In this document: positions 11,001-21,046 of the stretch, piece by piece
Position numbering within the stretch: position 1 is the first letter of the stretch
Layout: every line of letters begins with the position of its first letter
Virus record (IMG/VR): IMGVR_UViG_3300026097_000015
Span: 1 to 64,000 of that record
Length of the DNA stretch: 64,000 nt
Strand: one strand, 5' to 3'
Origin: a virus
Notes under the pieces: model-generated
The model's input: only the letters and a program-made list of their open reading frames with translations
What the model was told of the DNA's origin: nothing
Database searches by the model: none
Position numbers and translations under genes: made by a program

Positions 11001-14000
11001 TATTGGATGCCCTACAAGCTCAGTTTGCTCAAAAAGAAAAAGCTCTAGAGGCTGACATTGATGCAGAAGAAAATGCAGAAAAAAGAAAGTCTTTAGAGGC
11101 AGAGCTTACTGATCTTCAAGCAGAAAGAAAATCTGCGGTAAGTGAGCTAAATAGTGCGAATGCAAGCACTTTGGGTCAAATAGTTGAAATGAGAGATCTT
11201 TACAAAGATACTGATGCTTTTGCAAAAGCAATCTCGACATCCGTTCTTGCTGGTTTCGAGGATGATGACCCGCTAAAAATTCTTGCGGAAGAAACCGTAA
11301 AACAGCTGGAAAACCTAGAAGACTCTGACTTTAAGACTAATATACAGCTAGGCTTTGCAAGCGGAGAGCTGAGTATGTCAAATGTTCAGTCTTTGTTAAA
11401 TGCAATTGAAACCGATCCTTCAGTAAGGATGGACTTTGCAGTCATCGTAAACGATCAGGGATTCGCCGAAGCATCTCAGCTAATGACTTTGTTGGGGATG
11501 GCAGGCTTAGAAGGAGAGGAGCTAACTGCGGCAATTAGAATATTTTCTTTCTTTGATGACCCTGAAGAGTTTAGTAAAAATATTGCAGCATTAACCGAGT
11601 TAGCACAGCTAGAAACTGAGTATGGCGTAAAGATTGATTTAGAAGACGAAAACTTTGAGAAAAAGCTCAAGGCTGGAACAGATGCCATAGATGCTTTAGA
11701 AGATAAGCCAGATGTCATTAAAAAAACAGATCTAGAAATTATGAATCTGCCCATGTTCGAGGGACTTCTCGCTAACTGGGAATCAATGCTAGGCAGTAGC
11801 GATACAGTTACAAAAACAGCTATCCTAGAGTATATTCTAATGTCTAAAGGAATTGATAACGACCTGATAGAAAGATACCGACAAGAGGTTCTGGGAGGGG
11901 TCCCCTTCGCCATGGTTGGCCTAACGGACCAGCAGGCTATGGACAGAGCTACCGCATTTTATCAAAAGCAAGGAAATAAAACTGAATATGAGGAAGATGA
12001 TCCAGAGGACGATGGGCTAGGAGACGATACTGGGCCAGTAGCCTCTGCTTTAGATTCTATTGTTTCTAAGCTTCGTGACGTAAGAGACGAAACGATTAAA
12101 GCTACTAAAGGCTGGACCTCGTCCATAGAGCAACTACAAAAATTGTTTGGCGGAAACAAGACTATTAGAATTTTTGACGGATTACAGCAATCACTCCGCA
12201 GCCTTGGAGCTGGAGAAAACCTAATTGAACTAATTGTTGGGATGGACCCAGACGAGTTTGAAAGACGTAAGGATCAACTATTTACCATCAAAGGCGGACA
12301 AATAGTCGGTCTTAAAGATGCAGCTATCAGCATCGGAGATGCCTTAAACTCCATAAAGGTAGGAGAGTTCCAGAACTCTCAGGAACAAATTATAGCAGAT
12401 ACCGCTAATCAAGAAATTGCACTGCAAAAGCTCACAGACGCAGGACTATCTCTTTCAGAGGCATATGAGATTGTCGCAGACAAAGCCCTTGCCGCAGCCC
12501 TGGCCACTGGGCAGATAACTGGAGAAGAGTTTGATGAGCTTATAGAAAAAATTGACGCAGCTTCAGAGGCAGCTGAAAGATTCGATGCAATTAAAAAGGT
12601 CTCATTAGATATTGAGTCAAGAAACGAAGAGATTAGAATACAAAGTTTTATATCTGGAGAATTTGATCCTTCTGTGGCGGAAGATGCTTTGCAGATTGCT
12701 GCTATCATAAGTGATGAGGGCCTAAAGGGTATGATAGCTGCAGGGGAGCAGGGTGCAGAAATTTTTGCTGAAAGACTGCAACAAATAACCACTTCCAAAT
12801 CTTTCCTAGAAAAAGTTTTCTCTCAAGGGTTCAGCAATGCTATGGAGGCATTTAATGTAAAAGAGCAGCAAGTAAGGCTGACCGTTGCCGCTGAGCTAGA
12901 GGCAGGAACTTTTGCTAACTCTATATATGCCGAGGCAGAAGACCTAGAGTCAGTTTTTGGGGTAGATCAGCTATCGGACTTGCTTGGAATTTCAAAAGAC
13001 ACTGTTCTAGACGCCTTGTCTTTGGTAGATCCAGAAGCTATCGTAAAGGCTTCTCAAGCCCAGATAGAAGCGATAAATTTTGCAATAGATGATCTTGATG
13101 CAGAGCTTCAGCTAATACAAGAAGAAGAAGAAAAGATTAATGAGGAATACGATAAAAGAGTAGAAGCTCTAGAGAAAGTATCTGAAATTAACGATAGGAT
13201 TAAAAGGTCTCAAGAGTCCCAGTTAGGAATTGCCAGTGCCCTATCTCGTGGGGACATTGCCGCCGCTGCCAAAGCGGCACAAGAGGCAAGGGCAGAGGAA
13301 GCTAAGGCAAGGATTGAACAAGAAAAGAGTGCTCTAGAGAAAAAGAGAGAGGCAGAGCTAAGCGAGCTAAGAACTAAGGATGGCCTAACTCGTGAGCAAA
13401 TTGAAACAAGAATAAAAGATCTTAAAAGGGAAATATTTAACATTGAAGAGGACACTCTAGAGCCTGCACGACTTGCCCTTAGCCTTTCTGAAATGCTGCT
13501 AGATAAAGAAATACAGAGCCTTACAGTTTTGGGTAAAACTAAAGAGGCCTGGACTGCAATTAAAAATGAGGTAGACCTTGCAAAGATAGCTAGCGATGAG
13601 TTCGTTGCCTCAATGATGGCAGCTCTGGGAAGCTATCAAGATTTGATTCGTGCATACAACGGAGAGACACAGCCAACACCTTCCAGAGGTTCAGGCTCAG
13701 CTCCCGTGGCAGAAGAAGAGGAAGAAACTAAAAGGATAAATTCTTCTTACACAGTCGTAGCTGAGGCACAGCGGGCTGGAAACTCTAATGCTGAGGTCTT
13801 GGACAGAGATACTGCTGCTGCCGCCGCCTACGAAGCTGTTCACGGATCAGGAGTATCTGGTGGCGATACAACAATTAAGGCTTCAAGCACCTTAGAATTT
13901 GCGGATAAGGTTCAGGCCAAAGTTCTAGAAAACAGAAATGCAGTCAGAAGTGGAACTCTTTCGGATTCTCAAAGATCGAAACTAATGAATGAAAACATAG

Positions 14001-14440
14001 ATCTAATGCAAAGCTCAGGTTTAAAGTTTGCAGTGGGAGGAATAGTCCCTAGATTTGGCATGGGCGGAAAGGTTTCATACAAGGCTGGAGGCGGCGTATT
14101 GCCTTCACAGGCCTCGGGAGCGGGCAGAGTGGGATATTTCCCTATGGGTGGTATGATACCTTACAAGGCCAGCGGAGGGCTGTTCCAGAGCATAAACACA
14201 GACACTGTCCCCGCAATGCTAACCCCTGGAGAGTTTGTAGTAAGAAGGTATGCTGTTGACAAATATGGTGTAGATAAGCTAAAATCTATCAATAATGGAA
14301 CATACAGCGGTGAATCAGTGTATAATTATAATCTAAGCGTTAATGTCAAGTCTGATGCCAATCCAGACGACATAGCTAGAACAGTTATGACTAAGATTAA
14401 GCAGGTAGACTCACAAAGGATGAGGGGCAATAGGTTTTAA
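5006..14440 (+). CDS. Tape measure protein (3144 aa) with inserted cargo domains
   Basis: TP901-like tape-measure core in the N-terminal ~600 aa, hydrophobic segments, coiled coils, D.VPA.L.PGE.V motifs and position after the chaperones. Confidence 0.92.
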   Translation: MADIQSNININVDTTNATAAIRNLQAQISAFHQQMQKSGSAANAATSANMQRNLINSVNATKKFSASMATVSTQTESFTNSLEKNKLSMGQYFRYAGASTRSFGRLFKSEFNTISQVAESRVRTLQTQYVKMGRDASGAMKALKVRPLSLDMQNLSTQTMVAAQKQQIFNQLLRQGSTNLLNFGKNTQWAGRQLMVGFTIPLGIMGMTAVKEFQKIEEQVIKLKRVYGDMFTTNAETDRAVEQVRMLAEEFTKYGIAVESTIGLAASVAQMGNVGADMVNQVTEATKLAVLGGMEQEKALDTTISLTNAFGIATEDLTDKINFLNAAENQTILAIDDFTEAVPKAGAVVAQLGGSVEDLAFFLTAMREGGVNASQAANALKSSLARLVNPTEKAQEDLRALGIDVLSIVEGNVGDLKGTIMDLGVALDELQPLQRSRALEELFGKFQFARMSTLFNNIAREGSQAQEILKLTGNTAAELQILADRELSRVEESPATKLQKQVEKLQAALAPIGAEFIKLVTPIVEFFTNLLKKFNEMDDGAKSFVTGLITVLGLIAPVAIMTFGLVANGIANLMKAFNAYRSFLQILSGSNRSVVTSTQYMTQEQLEAASVATNLGQAHQHLAQQFTVEASALEKLRAVYQAATLEMQRYNAASAVVPARAVRPPIARATGSRRASSPGGPLGFNKGTLNVPGPRGAGDIVPAVLSPGEAVIPARQSQKYSGFIEDIMNDQVPGMMFGGFASMFGMRGMLGRSRVATRMSSDAFRGSLRSGDLNYKSGFATGTGADFTDRMGRPMREHQLMRRQAEKKLYGTPLGSNDPSMRPTYGSVATTPLQRILNLIFGGRKGRQFNQVTNPMASNLDQYGDISLIGKRGMNQRASTFVGDTLLKYSKNPAWLKGTSPMKGATSSQLGTAGFDSFSKPFGTNRTADGGTSVNSAPSYIEAQTMGGFNYREIDKIVTRDPALRKQLKAELGAAGLGGVRVGGPGFVSNLLTKLGVPGFKNGIFSVPGPMGAGDVVPSMLSPGEAVIPADKAKKYRGFIKAMISDNIPGFEGGIADFASVDGNSSVMPSGRAIQSTNPRQASQLSSVINKLLEGFKMLGFSVEQAEQEILEMATAAEKNGKVTAKNFEAQSKGSGADIASNNTIAARRNAGRTPYVKGNEGAASLHMGAPQELTDIDRQELIKDLESKGYGDDAATRKLRSNPRAKVTSDATVIAPAIMNKSGKVTGKEASNIISSAPGMATADIAAASGLDSSDEVLRQAEQNMQMYLSEMGDEILTDTQVSDALRRAIVDAADSVKGESGKKVKQQLDNKRIIVGGRGTTKDKLARVGLPQGYNFTTSSGKNVTGPEQGAGTYLSRNTKTRFHEQAEGLTVQTAKNKPSMAMRSAAKPTRRASSPAKDASGDAKEYSNTFNNDVENKSKDPYQLARDNRNSPHPQAKKDGADDARAYNNSYRRASGSAGGPPPVPKPRRATAPAGPVSPNGVPIAPGYTSPVVQPANAATAADKSGKGFFSKFGEKARDAGSSLGRKAISTLENSSVGRKIGSQMAAAAGNTLTDSQGNIIYDANTGEQFDTQGNVVATGGTPPAPGQSGEVSQDVAIGPDGNPMVDKKGRPLSQKDATKQARKLASRQKRGMVAGRLGGAMGSASMMLGMSSMMPGMGDNPVMKAIQGFMPALFGLSAVIPLLAAMPLPITAVIAALGALAFGLYKYNADLKESREAGVELGNALTITSDKLIEMSKATGTVSATEARKRAQEDQVSGTSASQRQFGMNFMESDAGKSILSEIETIATSGLGLEEASESIGRQLSMAVYQGILSPEEANSVIAALGAEMDDYQFSADIQGQLISLIGPNGKDITEEPLDVALAIQESGADQVESFASMVETRLSQDFDLFDSLIDDADVSKKFEELSPEVQAEVKFRADLEQQYGDGGFGRIFAGFQGFLMDNAIFGGDLLRSSEGVYTQAKKFVEEASVLTDPVKLQSAAVQVGIGQVSENQQVLDALQAQFAQKEKALEADIDAEENAEKRKSLEAELTDLQAERKSAVSELNSANASTLGQIVEMRDLYKDTDAFAKAISTSVLAGFEDDDPLKILAEETVKQLENLEDSDFKTNIQLGFASGELSMSNVQSLLNAIETDPSVRMDFAVIVNDQGFAEASQLMTLLGMAGLEGEELTAAIRIFSFFDDPEEFSKNIAALTELAQLETEYGVKIDLEDENFEKKLKAGTDAIDALEDKPDVIKKTDLEIMNLPMFEGLLANWESMLGSSDTVTKTAILEYILMSKGIDNDLIERYRQEVLGGVPFAMVGLTDQQAMDRATAFYQKQGNKTEYEEDDPEDDGLGDDTGPVASALDSIVSKLRDVRDETIKATKGWTSSIEQLQKLFGGNKTIRIFDGLQQSLRSLGAGENLIELIVGMDPDEFERRKDQLFTIKGGQIVGLKDAAISIGDALNSIKVGEFQNSQEQIIADTANQEIALQKLTDAGLSLSEAYEIVADKALAAALATGQITGEEFDELIEKIDAASEAAERFDAIKKVSLDIESRNEEIRIQSFISGEFDPSVAEDALQIAAIISDEGLKGMIAAGEQGAEIFAERLQQITTSKSFLEKVFSQGFSNAMEAFNVKEQQVRLTVAAELEAGTFANSIYAEAEDLESVFGVDQLSDLLGISKDTVLDALSLVDPEAIVKASQAQIEAINFAIDDLDAELQLIQEEEEKINEEYDKRVEALEKVSEINDRIKRSQESQLGIASALSRGDIAAAAKAAQEARAEEAKARIEQEKSALEKKREAELSELRTKDGLTREQIETRIKDLKREIFNIEEDTLEPARLALSLSEMLLDKEIQSLTVLGKTKEAWTAIKNEVDLAKIASDEFVASMMAALGSYQDLIRAYNGETQPTPSRGSGSAPVAEEEEETKRINSSYTVVAEAQRAGNSNAEVLDRDTAAAAAYEAVHGSGVSGGDTTIKASSTLEFADKVQAKVLENRNAVRSGTLSDSQRSKLMNENIDLMQSSGLKFAVGGIVPRFGMGGKVSYKAGGGVLPSQASGAGRVGYFPMGGMIPYKASGGLFQSINTDTVPAMLTPGEFVVRRYAVDKYGVDKLKSINNGTYSGESVYNYNLSVNVKSDANPDDIARTVMTKIKQVDSQRMRGNRF

Positions 14441-15124
14441 ATGACAAACTCTACATACATTTCAGGTAGAAGAAAAAATGCAAGACCACAGGGGATGCTA
14501 TGGGCAGAAAATCCTGGGTATCTTGACAACGGGGTTTATGTGCCGAATGGATTTGAAGTAGGAACAGATCCTGCGGGAAAAGATGAGTCTCTCCTTAATC
14601 AATTCATAATACTATCTGATGACAATCGCTCTTCTATTGATTTTGCAACAGAAAGAATTGAAAAACGTGAACGTATGGTTAACGGAAGAATGAGGTCGTA
14701 TCACATTGCAGACAAAATGACTATTGCCCTTTCTTGGGACATGTTGCCATCAAGATCATTCTCCAATAACCCACTTTTTGATAGTAGTGGAAACCCGACT
14801 AGCTTGATTGATGACGTAAACGGTGCAACAGACATAGCCTATTCGGGTTCTCCAAAATACAAAGATCAGCAGTACACCTCTGATGGTGGTGCAGGAGGGG
14901 TAGAGATACTTGACTGGTATAATCAGCATCAGGGATCTTTTTGGGTATACCTAGCGTACGATAACTATGCTAATTTCGGAAAAGACGAAGCATCTTATCA
15001 AAATCTAGCCATCTATAATGAAGTTATTGAAATGTTTTTTTCTGACTTCTCCTACTCTGTACAAAGGAGAGGTGGCAGTAATTTCGACTTCTGGAATATA
15101 TCTGTTACCATGGAAGAGGTATAG
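14441..15124 (+). CDS. Minor tail protein (distal-tail-like)
   Basis: First gene after the tape measure; RERMVNGRMRSY...LSWDMLP and C-terminal ISVTMEEV. Confidence 0.7.
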   Translation: MTNSTYISGRRKNARPQGMLWAENPGYLDNGVYVPNGFEVGTDPAGKDESLLNQFIILSDDNRSSIDFATERIEKRERMVNGRMRSYHIADKMTIALSWDMLPSRSFSNNPLFDSSGNPTSLIDDVNGATDIAYSGSPKYKDQQYTSDGGAGGVEILDWYNQHQGSFWVYLAYDNYANFGKDEASYQNLAIYNEVIEMFFSDFSYSVQRRGGSNFDFWNISVTMEEV

Positions 15125-18100
15125 TGTTTCAAAATCAAGAGCTACAAAACCATCTAGAAGAATCTTCTGTTATAAAAACTAGATCAGCCGTTATTGCTGA
15201 ATGGAATCTAAATTCTTCTGATAATATTTTGCAGGTAGGAAACTATAGATATCGACCAACAGAATCTGAGTCGCTATACAATAGTTTGCCAAGCTCTTTT
15301 GACATAAATGATGCTGGTAACTTTTATACTAATGCTACCTACTCTGACGTATTGATTGACGGAGGCCTAGAGTCTGAAACAGAAACTCCAATAACTTTTT
15401 TATCAAGAAAAGAAAAAGAGAATATTCTCTATTCTCTAGAGGATTGCTTCAACAGAAATCGGCCCAGGTCTGGTATAAACAAGCTACGCTATTTTGAAGG
15501 AAAATTCACACATCATACTAATCTAGATATGGCCTCTAGGCCCAGGTATTACATGCCGCACAAAGATGATACTTTTAAGTACTGGACCTCCTATAGACAA
15601 GAGGACGGAGAAGAGCGTGGAATAGCCAATACACTGTTGAATGATCAACACTTCATAGATGACGCAGCTCCTTATGTTGTATACAAAGACCCTATCTTGG
15701 CAAATAGAATAGTTTTAAAAATGCAAACAAACGTAGGGACAGTTGATCTAGGTCCATTTGCAAGCAACGTGGGTCCAAAACAAGACCCACTTTTCGGAAC
15801 AAGTAACAAAACAACTCCCGTGACTTGGTCGGTACAAACATTAAAAAACAACAACTGGTCAAGCATTGCTAGCTTTAATTCTTCATCTACCCGCTCAGAC
15901 GGTACAGCTATCGTAAAAGAGGATGGATACCTAGAGCTTTTTTACGGACTAATAATACCAGAAAGATACCAAAGCTTTTACTTTCAAGACACGGTCTCTT
16001 CAGTTGCTATGCTGCCTAACTCTAACACGCAAGGGTATGCTTATTTGCTAACCAGTTCAGCATCAGACAAGGGGACATTCTACGTATGGCATAATGAACA
16101 GTACGAGACTTTTGTTCCTAGCTATGGATGGCAAGTGCTTGAAGACCAGACTAGTGATCAAATAGTCTACGTAACAGAGCTGGTCAACCCCCAGCCTTTC
16201 TTAGACGGTTCAACGGGTCAAAGCGTATATCGAGAAATTGATGAGATAGAGGGGATCAGGCTCGCTGTTCGAACAATGAACAAAGTAGACGCAACTTTCG
16301 ACCTGATAGAGATGTCTCCTAGAATTTCAGCAGATCTTTCTGGCAGGACGACAGCCTTTTCAGTGACTAAGCCCGCATCAGATTTGGGCATAAGCGGGCT
16401 ACCAGTAGGTCAGCTCCTAGCCTCGACAGGCTCTTTATCTATTTTTGATTATGACCAGGCATTTAATAAGAATAATTCAGAAAGCATAATTTCTAAATAC
16501 ATAACTCAAAACCTAAAAGTAAGTTTTTATGAGGCAATCATTAGTTCAAACGAAGAAGAGTATTACGTTCCAATAAAAACAATGTACGCCGAAGGCTTGC
16601 CAGAATACAATAATCGTGATAGGTCAGTAGAGATACAACTAAGAGATTTATTTTATTATTTTGAATCGTTGACAGCTCCACAAATTCTTGCACAAAATGC
16701 ATCCGTGTCTTACGCAACTTCTCTACTGCTAGACTCTATCGGATTTTCAAATTATGTATTTAAAAGATTGCCAGAAGAGGACGAGGATATTATCCCGTAT
16801 TTCTTTATTCCGCCTGACACAACTGTTGCAGAAATTTTGAGTCAAATAGCGGTGTCAACACAAACAGCCATGTTTTTTGACGAATACAACAATTTCGTAA
16901 TGATGAGCAAAAACTATATTATGCCTGCAGAGGGTTCCAGGCCTGTAGACATGGTTCTTAAAGGGTCTAAAGATTCAGAAGACACGGGCGTGGTAAAGAA
17001 CTCAGGCACAAAGACTAAGCTGTCAAATATTATAGATGTTTCCTCTCAAGACAATAAGCTATACAATGACGGACGGATTAACTACACTAGTAGATACCTA
17101 CAAAGATCTGTGGGAACAATAAAGCAAGCAAGCCTTATCGACAGAGAAAGACTTTGGATATATAAACCAGTTCTACTGTGGGAGGTCGCCCCAACAGAAA
17201 GGGTGAGGTCAGTTAATAACGAGGTTTCTAATCAATCTAGCTATGTCCTAGGTGCCATAGCCTTAAACTCAAATCTTTCAAAAGAGGTTCCAGTAGTTGT
17301 AAACAATCAGGTAATAAACAATGTAATAGATCTTGGTGAGGGCGTTTATTGGGTTACCAGGTACAGTGGATACTTCCATGCCAATGGCGAAGTAATTAGA
17401 TACGATGCGGTTGAGTACAATGTATCTGGAACTGGCAATGTGTGGATTAACAGTATTCAAGAGTACCAAAACTATTTTTCTAAGCTGCCTTTCAATGGCA
17501 AAATATATCCGACAGGATTAGTCAGGATATACTCAGAACCAAACTTTGAAACAATAAGCGGTGTCACTCAACTTAGAAACGGTCCAGTCGCAAAACACGG
17601 TAGGGGGCAGTTCGGAACAGAAATTGTTGATCATTTTGCGGGACTGAGTCCGTATTGGTACGACAACGACAACGTTAGAGGCTGTGATATGCAGTCGGAG
17701 TATCTATTCAATCTTTCAGGATTAGACGTAAACACTCTTAATCTAGAAACAACTGGATCGGCGGGGGTCTCCAACGAGCTTGCTAAAAAAACTACGAGAA
17801 ACAGTATTATAAAAAACTTTTTAAGTACATCCTATAAGTCAGAAAACTCAATAAATGATTTGTATTCTACTCAGACAGGGACTGTTCAGTCCTCTGCCTT
17901 AATTATGAATGGTCCATCGTTTTCAACAACAGATTCCCCAGTTGATTTTATTTCTTATGTATACAAACCTTTAAACAATAAATTTAGACATTTTGGAACC
18001 AGGATGAGGATAGTAGGAAAGATAGAAAACAACGAGGTGCGTGGTCAAACAGGTATCGGAAGTATTCCTTACTATGTTTCTGAAACTACAAATCCAAGTC

Positions 18101-19419
18101 AAAACAACAATATCGGAGGATCTTCGGGTGGGCTTGCCTTCATGGTTAATCCAAATACCAATATCGGATATTACTTTGAAATAGCAGCCTTAACGGCTAA
18201 CAGTGTAGACGACTATGCGTCATCCGAAAATATTCACAATGTGGTCTTTTATAAAACAAACAGAAATGGAGATAGCGGTCAAGCCGTTCCTATAAAGCTA
18301 TTTGGTGGTATGGCCAATATCATTGTAGACGATGGAAGATTTGTCGGACAGAACAGGATGGCCGCAGAAGAGAGCCCCACAGTCTACGACCTGGCGGTAG
18401 AGTATGAGGATATTGGAACAACTAGAAGATTTTACTTGTACATTAATAACAAAATCGTTGCAACTGTAGACGACGAGTCCCCTCTTCCAGTATTTAATAA
18501 CATGGGTCTTTTTGTTAGAGGTTCCTCTAGAATTATGTTTGAAAACATTTATGCATTAACGAATAACTATTCACAAAATACGGTGTTTGGATTGGACACT
18601 CCAGTATCGTCTATTTTTGATGATGACGAGGTAGATGTCAATGAGTCTTTTCGTAAATATGCAATGAGTGGTATCATCCAATCCACCTATCTATCAGGAA
18701 TAGACCCATCTCAACCTCCAAAGTACAATATATATTTTGAAGAATTTGGAACAATTATGAGAGAGGCTGACTATTTCAATATTCGTTATGATAAGGCTTA
18801 CCCAGCACTGTACGCCCAGCTGTCTCCAACCTTTAATAAAATAAAGGGATATACCGTTTCTGGATTTACTGCAAGTTCGTATGGGGCAGAGTTTTTAATC
18901 TTTAACTCAACTGACACAGCAATTAATTTAGATGAAACTTCTGGAAACTATCTCAGAATTCAAGGAGTAACTTTTACTCAGCAGGCGACCAACGAACTCA
19001 CAGTAGATAACTATTATGAAAGTGTCGGAGACCTTTCTAATCCTGAAATAAGAGGAGACTCTCTAGTGGTCTCTCCATTAAAGGTAAGAGAAGACTATAA
19101 GCAAATAAAGTTCAACAGAACTATCAACGGAAGAAAAGAGTTCGTTCTCGACGCACCTTACATTCAGTCTCAGGACGATGCAAGAGATCTCATGTCCTGG
19201 GTAATATCAAAAGTAAGTGTCCCTAGAAAATCAGTTGGCATAGAGATATTTTCAAACCCAATGCTTCAGCTGGGGGACGTAGTCTCTGTGGACTATCAGT
19301 CAGATCCTGGCATAGATGATATCTTGTCAGCACAGAGTAGGTTTGTAGTATATAATATAGAGTATACAAGAGATGCAAGCGGTCCGTCTATGACTATATA
19401 TCTAAGTGAGGTGGTTTGA
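15124..19419 (+). CDS. Large minor tail / baseplate hub protein
   Basis: 1431 aa beta-rich protein with C-terminal NPMLQLGDVV hub-like motif; synteny. Confidence 0.75.
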   Translation: MFQNQELQNHLEESSVIKTRSAVIAEWNLNSSDNILQVGNYRYRPTESESLYNSLPSSFDINDAGNFYTNATYSDVLIDGGLESETETPITFLSRKEKENILYSLEDCFNRNRPRSGINKLRYFEGKFTHHTNLDMASRPRYYMPHKDDTFKYWTSYRQEDGEERGIANTLLNDQHFIDDAAPYVVYKDPILANRIVLKMQTNVGTVDLGPFASNVGPKQDPLFGTSNKTTPVTWSVQTLKNNNWSSIASFNSSSTRSDGTAIVKEDGYLELFYGLIIPERYQSFYFQDTVSSVAMLPNSNTQGYAYLLTSSASDKGTFYVWHNEQYETFVPSYGWQVLEDQTSDQIVYVTELVNPQPFLDGSTGQSVYREIDEIEGIRLAVRTMNKVDATFDLIEMSPRISADLSGRTTAFSVTKPASDLGISGLPVGQLLASTGSLSIFDYDQAFNKNNSESIISKYITQNLKVSFYEAIISSNEEEYYVPIKTMYAEGLPEYNNRDRSVEIQLRDLFYYFESLTAPQILAQNASVSYATSLLLDSIGFSNYVFKRLPEEDEDIIPYFFIPPDTTVAEILSQIAVSTQTAMFFDEYNNFVMMSKNYIMPAEGSRPVDMVLKGSKDSEDTGVVKNSGTKTKLSNIIDVSSQDNKLYNDGRINYTSRYLQRSVGTIKQASLIDRERLWIYKPVLLWEVAPTERVRSVNNEVSNQSSYVLGAIALNSNLSKEVPVVVNNQVINNVIDLGEGVYWVTRYSGYFHANGEVIRYDAVEYNVSGTGNVWINSIQEYQNYFSKLPFNGKIYPTGLVRIYSEPNFETISGVTQLRNGPVAKHGRGQFGTEIVDHFAGLSPYWYDNDNVRGCDMQSEYLFNLSGLDVNTLNLETTGSAGVSNELAKKTTRNSIIKNFLSTSYKSENSINDLYSTQTGTVQSSALIMNGPSFSTTDSPVDFISYVYKPLNNKFRHFGTRMRIVGKIENNEVRGQTGIGSIPYYVSETTNPSQNNNIGGSSGGLAFMVNPNTNIGYYFEIAALTANSVDDYASSENIHNVVFYKTNRNGDSGQAVPIKLFGGMANIIVDDGRFVGQNRMAAEESPTVYDLAVEYEDIGTTRRFYLYINNKIVATVDDESPLPVFNNMGLFVRGSSRIMFENIYALTNNYSQNTVFGLDTPVSSIFDDDEVDVNESFRKYAMSGIIQSTYLSGIDPSQPPKYNIYFEEFGTIMREADYFNIRYDKAYPALYAQLSPTFNKIKGYTVSGFTASSYGAEFLIFNSTDTAINLDETSGNYLRIQGVTFTQQATNELTVDNYYESVGDLSNPEIRGDSLVVSPLKVREDYKQIKFNRTINGRKEFVLDAPYIQSQDDARDLMSWVISKVSVPRKSVGIEIFSNPMLQLGDVVSVDYQSDPGIDDILSAQSRFVVYNIEYTRDASGPSMTIYLSEVV

Positions 19420-19916
19420 TGGTTAGTGCTGTCCCCAACTCTCCTGAGCCAGTGTCCTCAAATTCAGGTTGGAACCAAGTAAAAATAGCTGATCCAGATA
19501 TAATTTTGTTTGAAGATGAGTCTGTACCCATTGAGGTTATGACTAACCTAATTTTTGAGCAGGTGGGCGGTCAAGAGATAATTAACATCTCTCGCAATGA
19601 CTTAATTAATGGTCAAAGTGTTATCTATAGACCGATTAAAAATTTAGAAGATATATATATAAGGTATAACTCTAAGAATATTGTCTCTGTGCAGGACTCC
19701 TCAGACGAAATATTTAACAGCTTTTCTATAAAGTTTGTAAACCACGTACCAGAAGAGGGTAACGGTCCAGCAGGAAGGTATGTGTACATAGATTCTGTAA
19801 CAGGAGACCTAGCTGTTGAGGTAGTTGCGATCGAAAGAAATGAACAGGTTGAGATTCAAGTAGCCAACACAGTAACAAGCTTTGATGATACAATATATAT
19901 AGAGGGTTCTTCATGA
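19416..19916 (+). CDS. Minor tail protein (ATG start at 19419 likely)
   Basis: Coupled ORF in the tail module with a GAGGT RBS. Confidence 0.65.
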   Translation: MMVSAVPNSPEPVSSNSGWNQVKIADPDIILFEDESVPIEVMTNLIFEQVGGQEIINISRNDLINGQSVIYRPIKNLEDIYIRYNSKNIVSVQDSSDEIFNSFSIKFVNHVPEEGNGPAGRYVYIDSVTGDLAVEVVAIERNEQVEIQVANTVTSFDDTIYIEGSS

Positions 19917-21046
19917 TAACAAATACTGGAAAAAACATTCTTGCTAAATACTTAATAGGTCAGGCTCCAGCCTATGCTTCTTATATTGCTGTGGGTTGTG
20001 GAGCACAGCCGTTGAACTCAGACGCAACTTTGGGGGATTACTCAGAGAAAAACTCTTTAGATTTTGAAATGTTTAGGGTGCCGATAACTTCTCGTGGATA
20101 CGTAAATGAAGATGGAATAGACAAAATAGTCTTTACTGCAGAGTTGCCTACAGAAGAACGATACGAAATATCAGAAGTCGGAGTCTACTCCGCAGCTGCA
20201 AACCCTTCAGCAGGTGCCAGGGATAGCAGAAATATATATGCGTTTACGCAAACCGAAAACTGGGAGTATCACTCAGAATCAGAAGCTACTGCCATTCCAG
20301 TAGTCTACGAACCTTTGGACGGAGAGGCAAACAATAATGTCATTAATCAACCTTACGACGTATTTCAGACAAACGCAGATAATAGAATTTTTGCCAATCC
20401 TCAAAGAGTTGAAAGATATGAGAGATGCAGGTTTTTAAATAACATTATCTCTATTGTTGGAGACATGTCAACTATTTCAGAAAATCAGGACGGTAGCCTC
20501 TCTCTGGACTCAGGAAATCACATTCACCTCAATGGCGTGTCAGCCAGCCTAGACCAGAATGCACCTACAGATGAGCTTAGGTTCGCATTTTCTGTTGCCA
20601 ATAAAGATGGCTCATCCTCAGACATTCCCAGTAATATTAAATTAATTGTAGAGTTTGCAGACTCAGATCCTTTCGGAACTGGAGAGTTTGCCAGATTAGA
20701 AGCCAGTCTGGATCATACCCCAGGGGACCCAGAGTTAGACTTTAGTACTAACCGATACTTTGTCGTAACTAGACAGCTTCAAGAGCTTGTGAAAAGCACA
20801 GGATTTTCTTGGAGTCAGATGAATATTGCAAAGGTATATGTTTGTGTTTCGGATAGCCTGGGAAACCCATCTGATCAATTTTATTTAAACATGGACGCAC
20901 TGCGTTTAGAAAATGTGACGATACAGAACCCACTGTACGGCATGACTGGTTACAGCGTTATTCGTGCAGCTAATGCAGAAACTTTGATTAAGGTCGCCAA
21001 CACTACAAACTTTGTAGAGTTCAGGTTTGCCATAGGTGTGCAGTAA
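19913..21046 (+). CDS. Minor tail protein
   Basis: MITNTGKNILAKYL...YIAVGCG N-terminus and ISEVGVY motif typical of tail fibre/baseplate proteins. Confidence 0.7.
   Translation: MITNTGKNILAKYLIGQAPAYASYIAVGCGAQPLNSDATLGDYSEKNSLDFEMFRVPITSRGYVNEDGIDKIVFTAELPTEERYEISEVGVYSAAANPSAGARDSRNIYAFTQTENWEYHSESEATAIPVVYEPLDGEANNNVINQPYDVFQTNADNRIFANPQRVERYERCRFLNNIISIVGDMSTISENQDGSLSLDSGNHIHLNGVSASLDQNAPTDELRFAFSVANKDGSSSDIPSNIKLIVEFADSDPFGTGEFARLEASLDHTPGDPELDFSTNRYFVVTRQLQELVKSTGFSWSQMNIAKVYVCVSDSLGNPSDQFYLNMDALRLENVTIQNPLYGMTGYSVIRAANAETLIKVANTTNFVEFRFAIGVQ

Noticed and set aside
5101-13455. Many minus-strand ORFs opposite the tape measure (and similar ones opposite dnaE, nrdE and primase)
   Set aside because: Antisense shadows of long coding frames, with no RBS or recognisable motifs.
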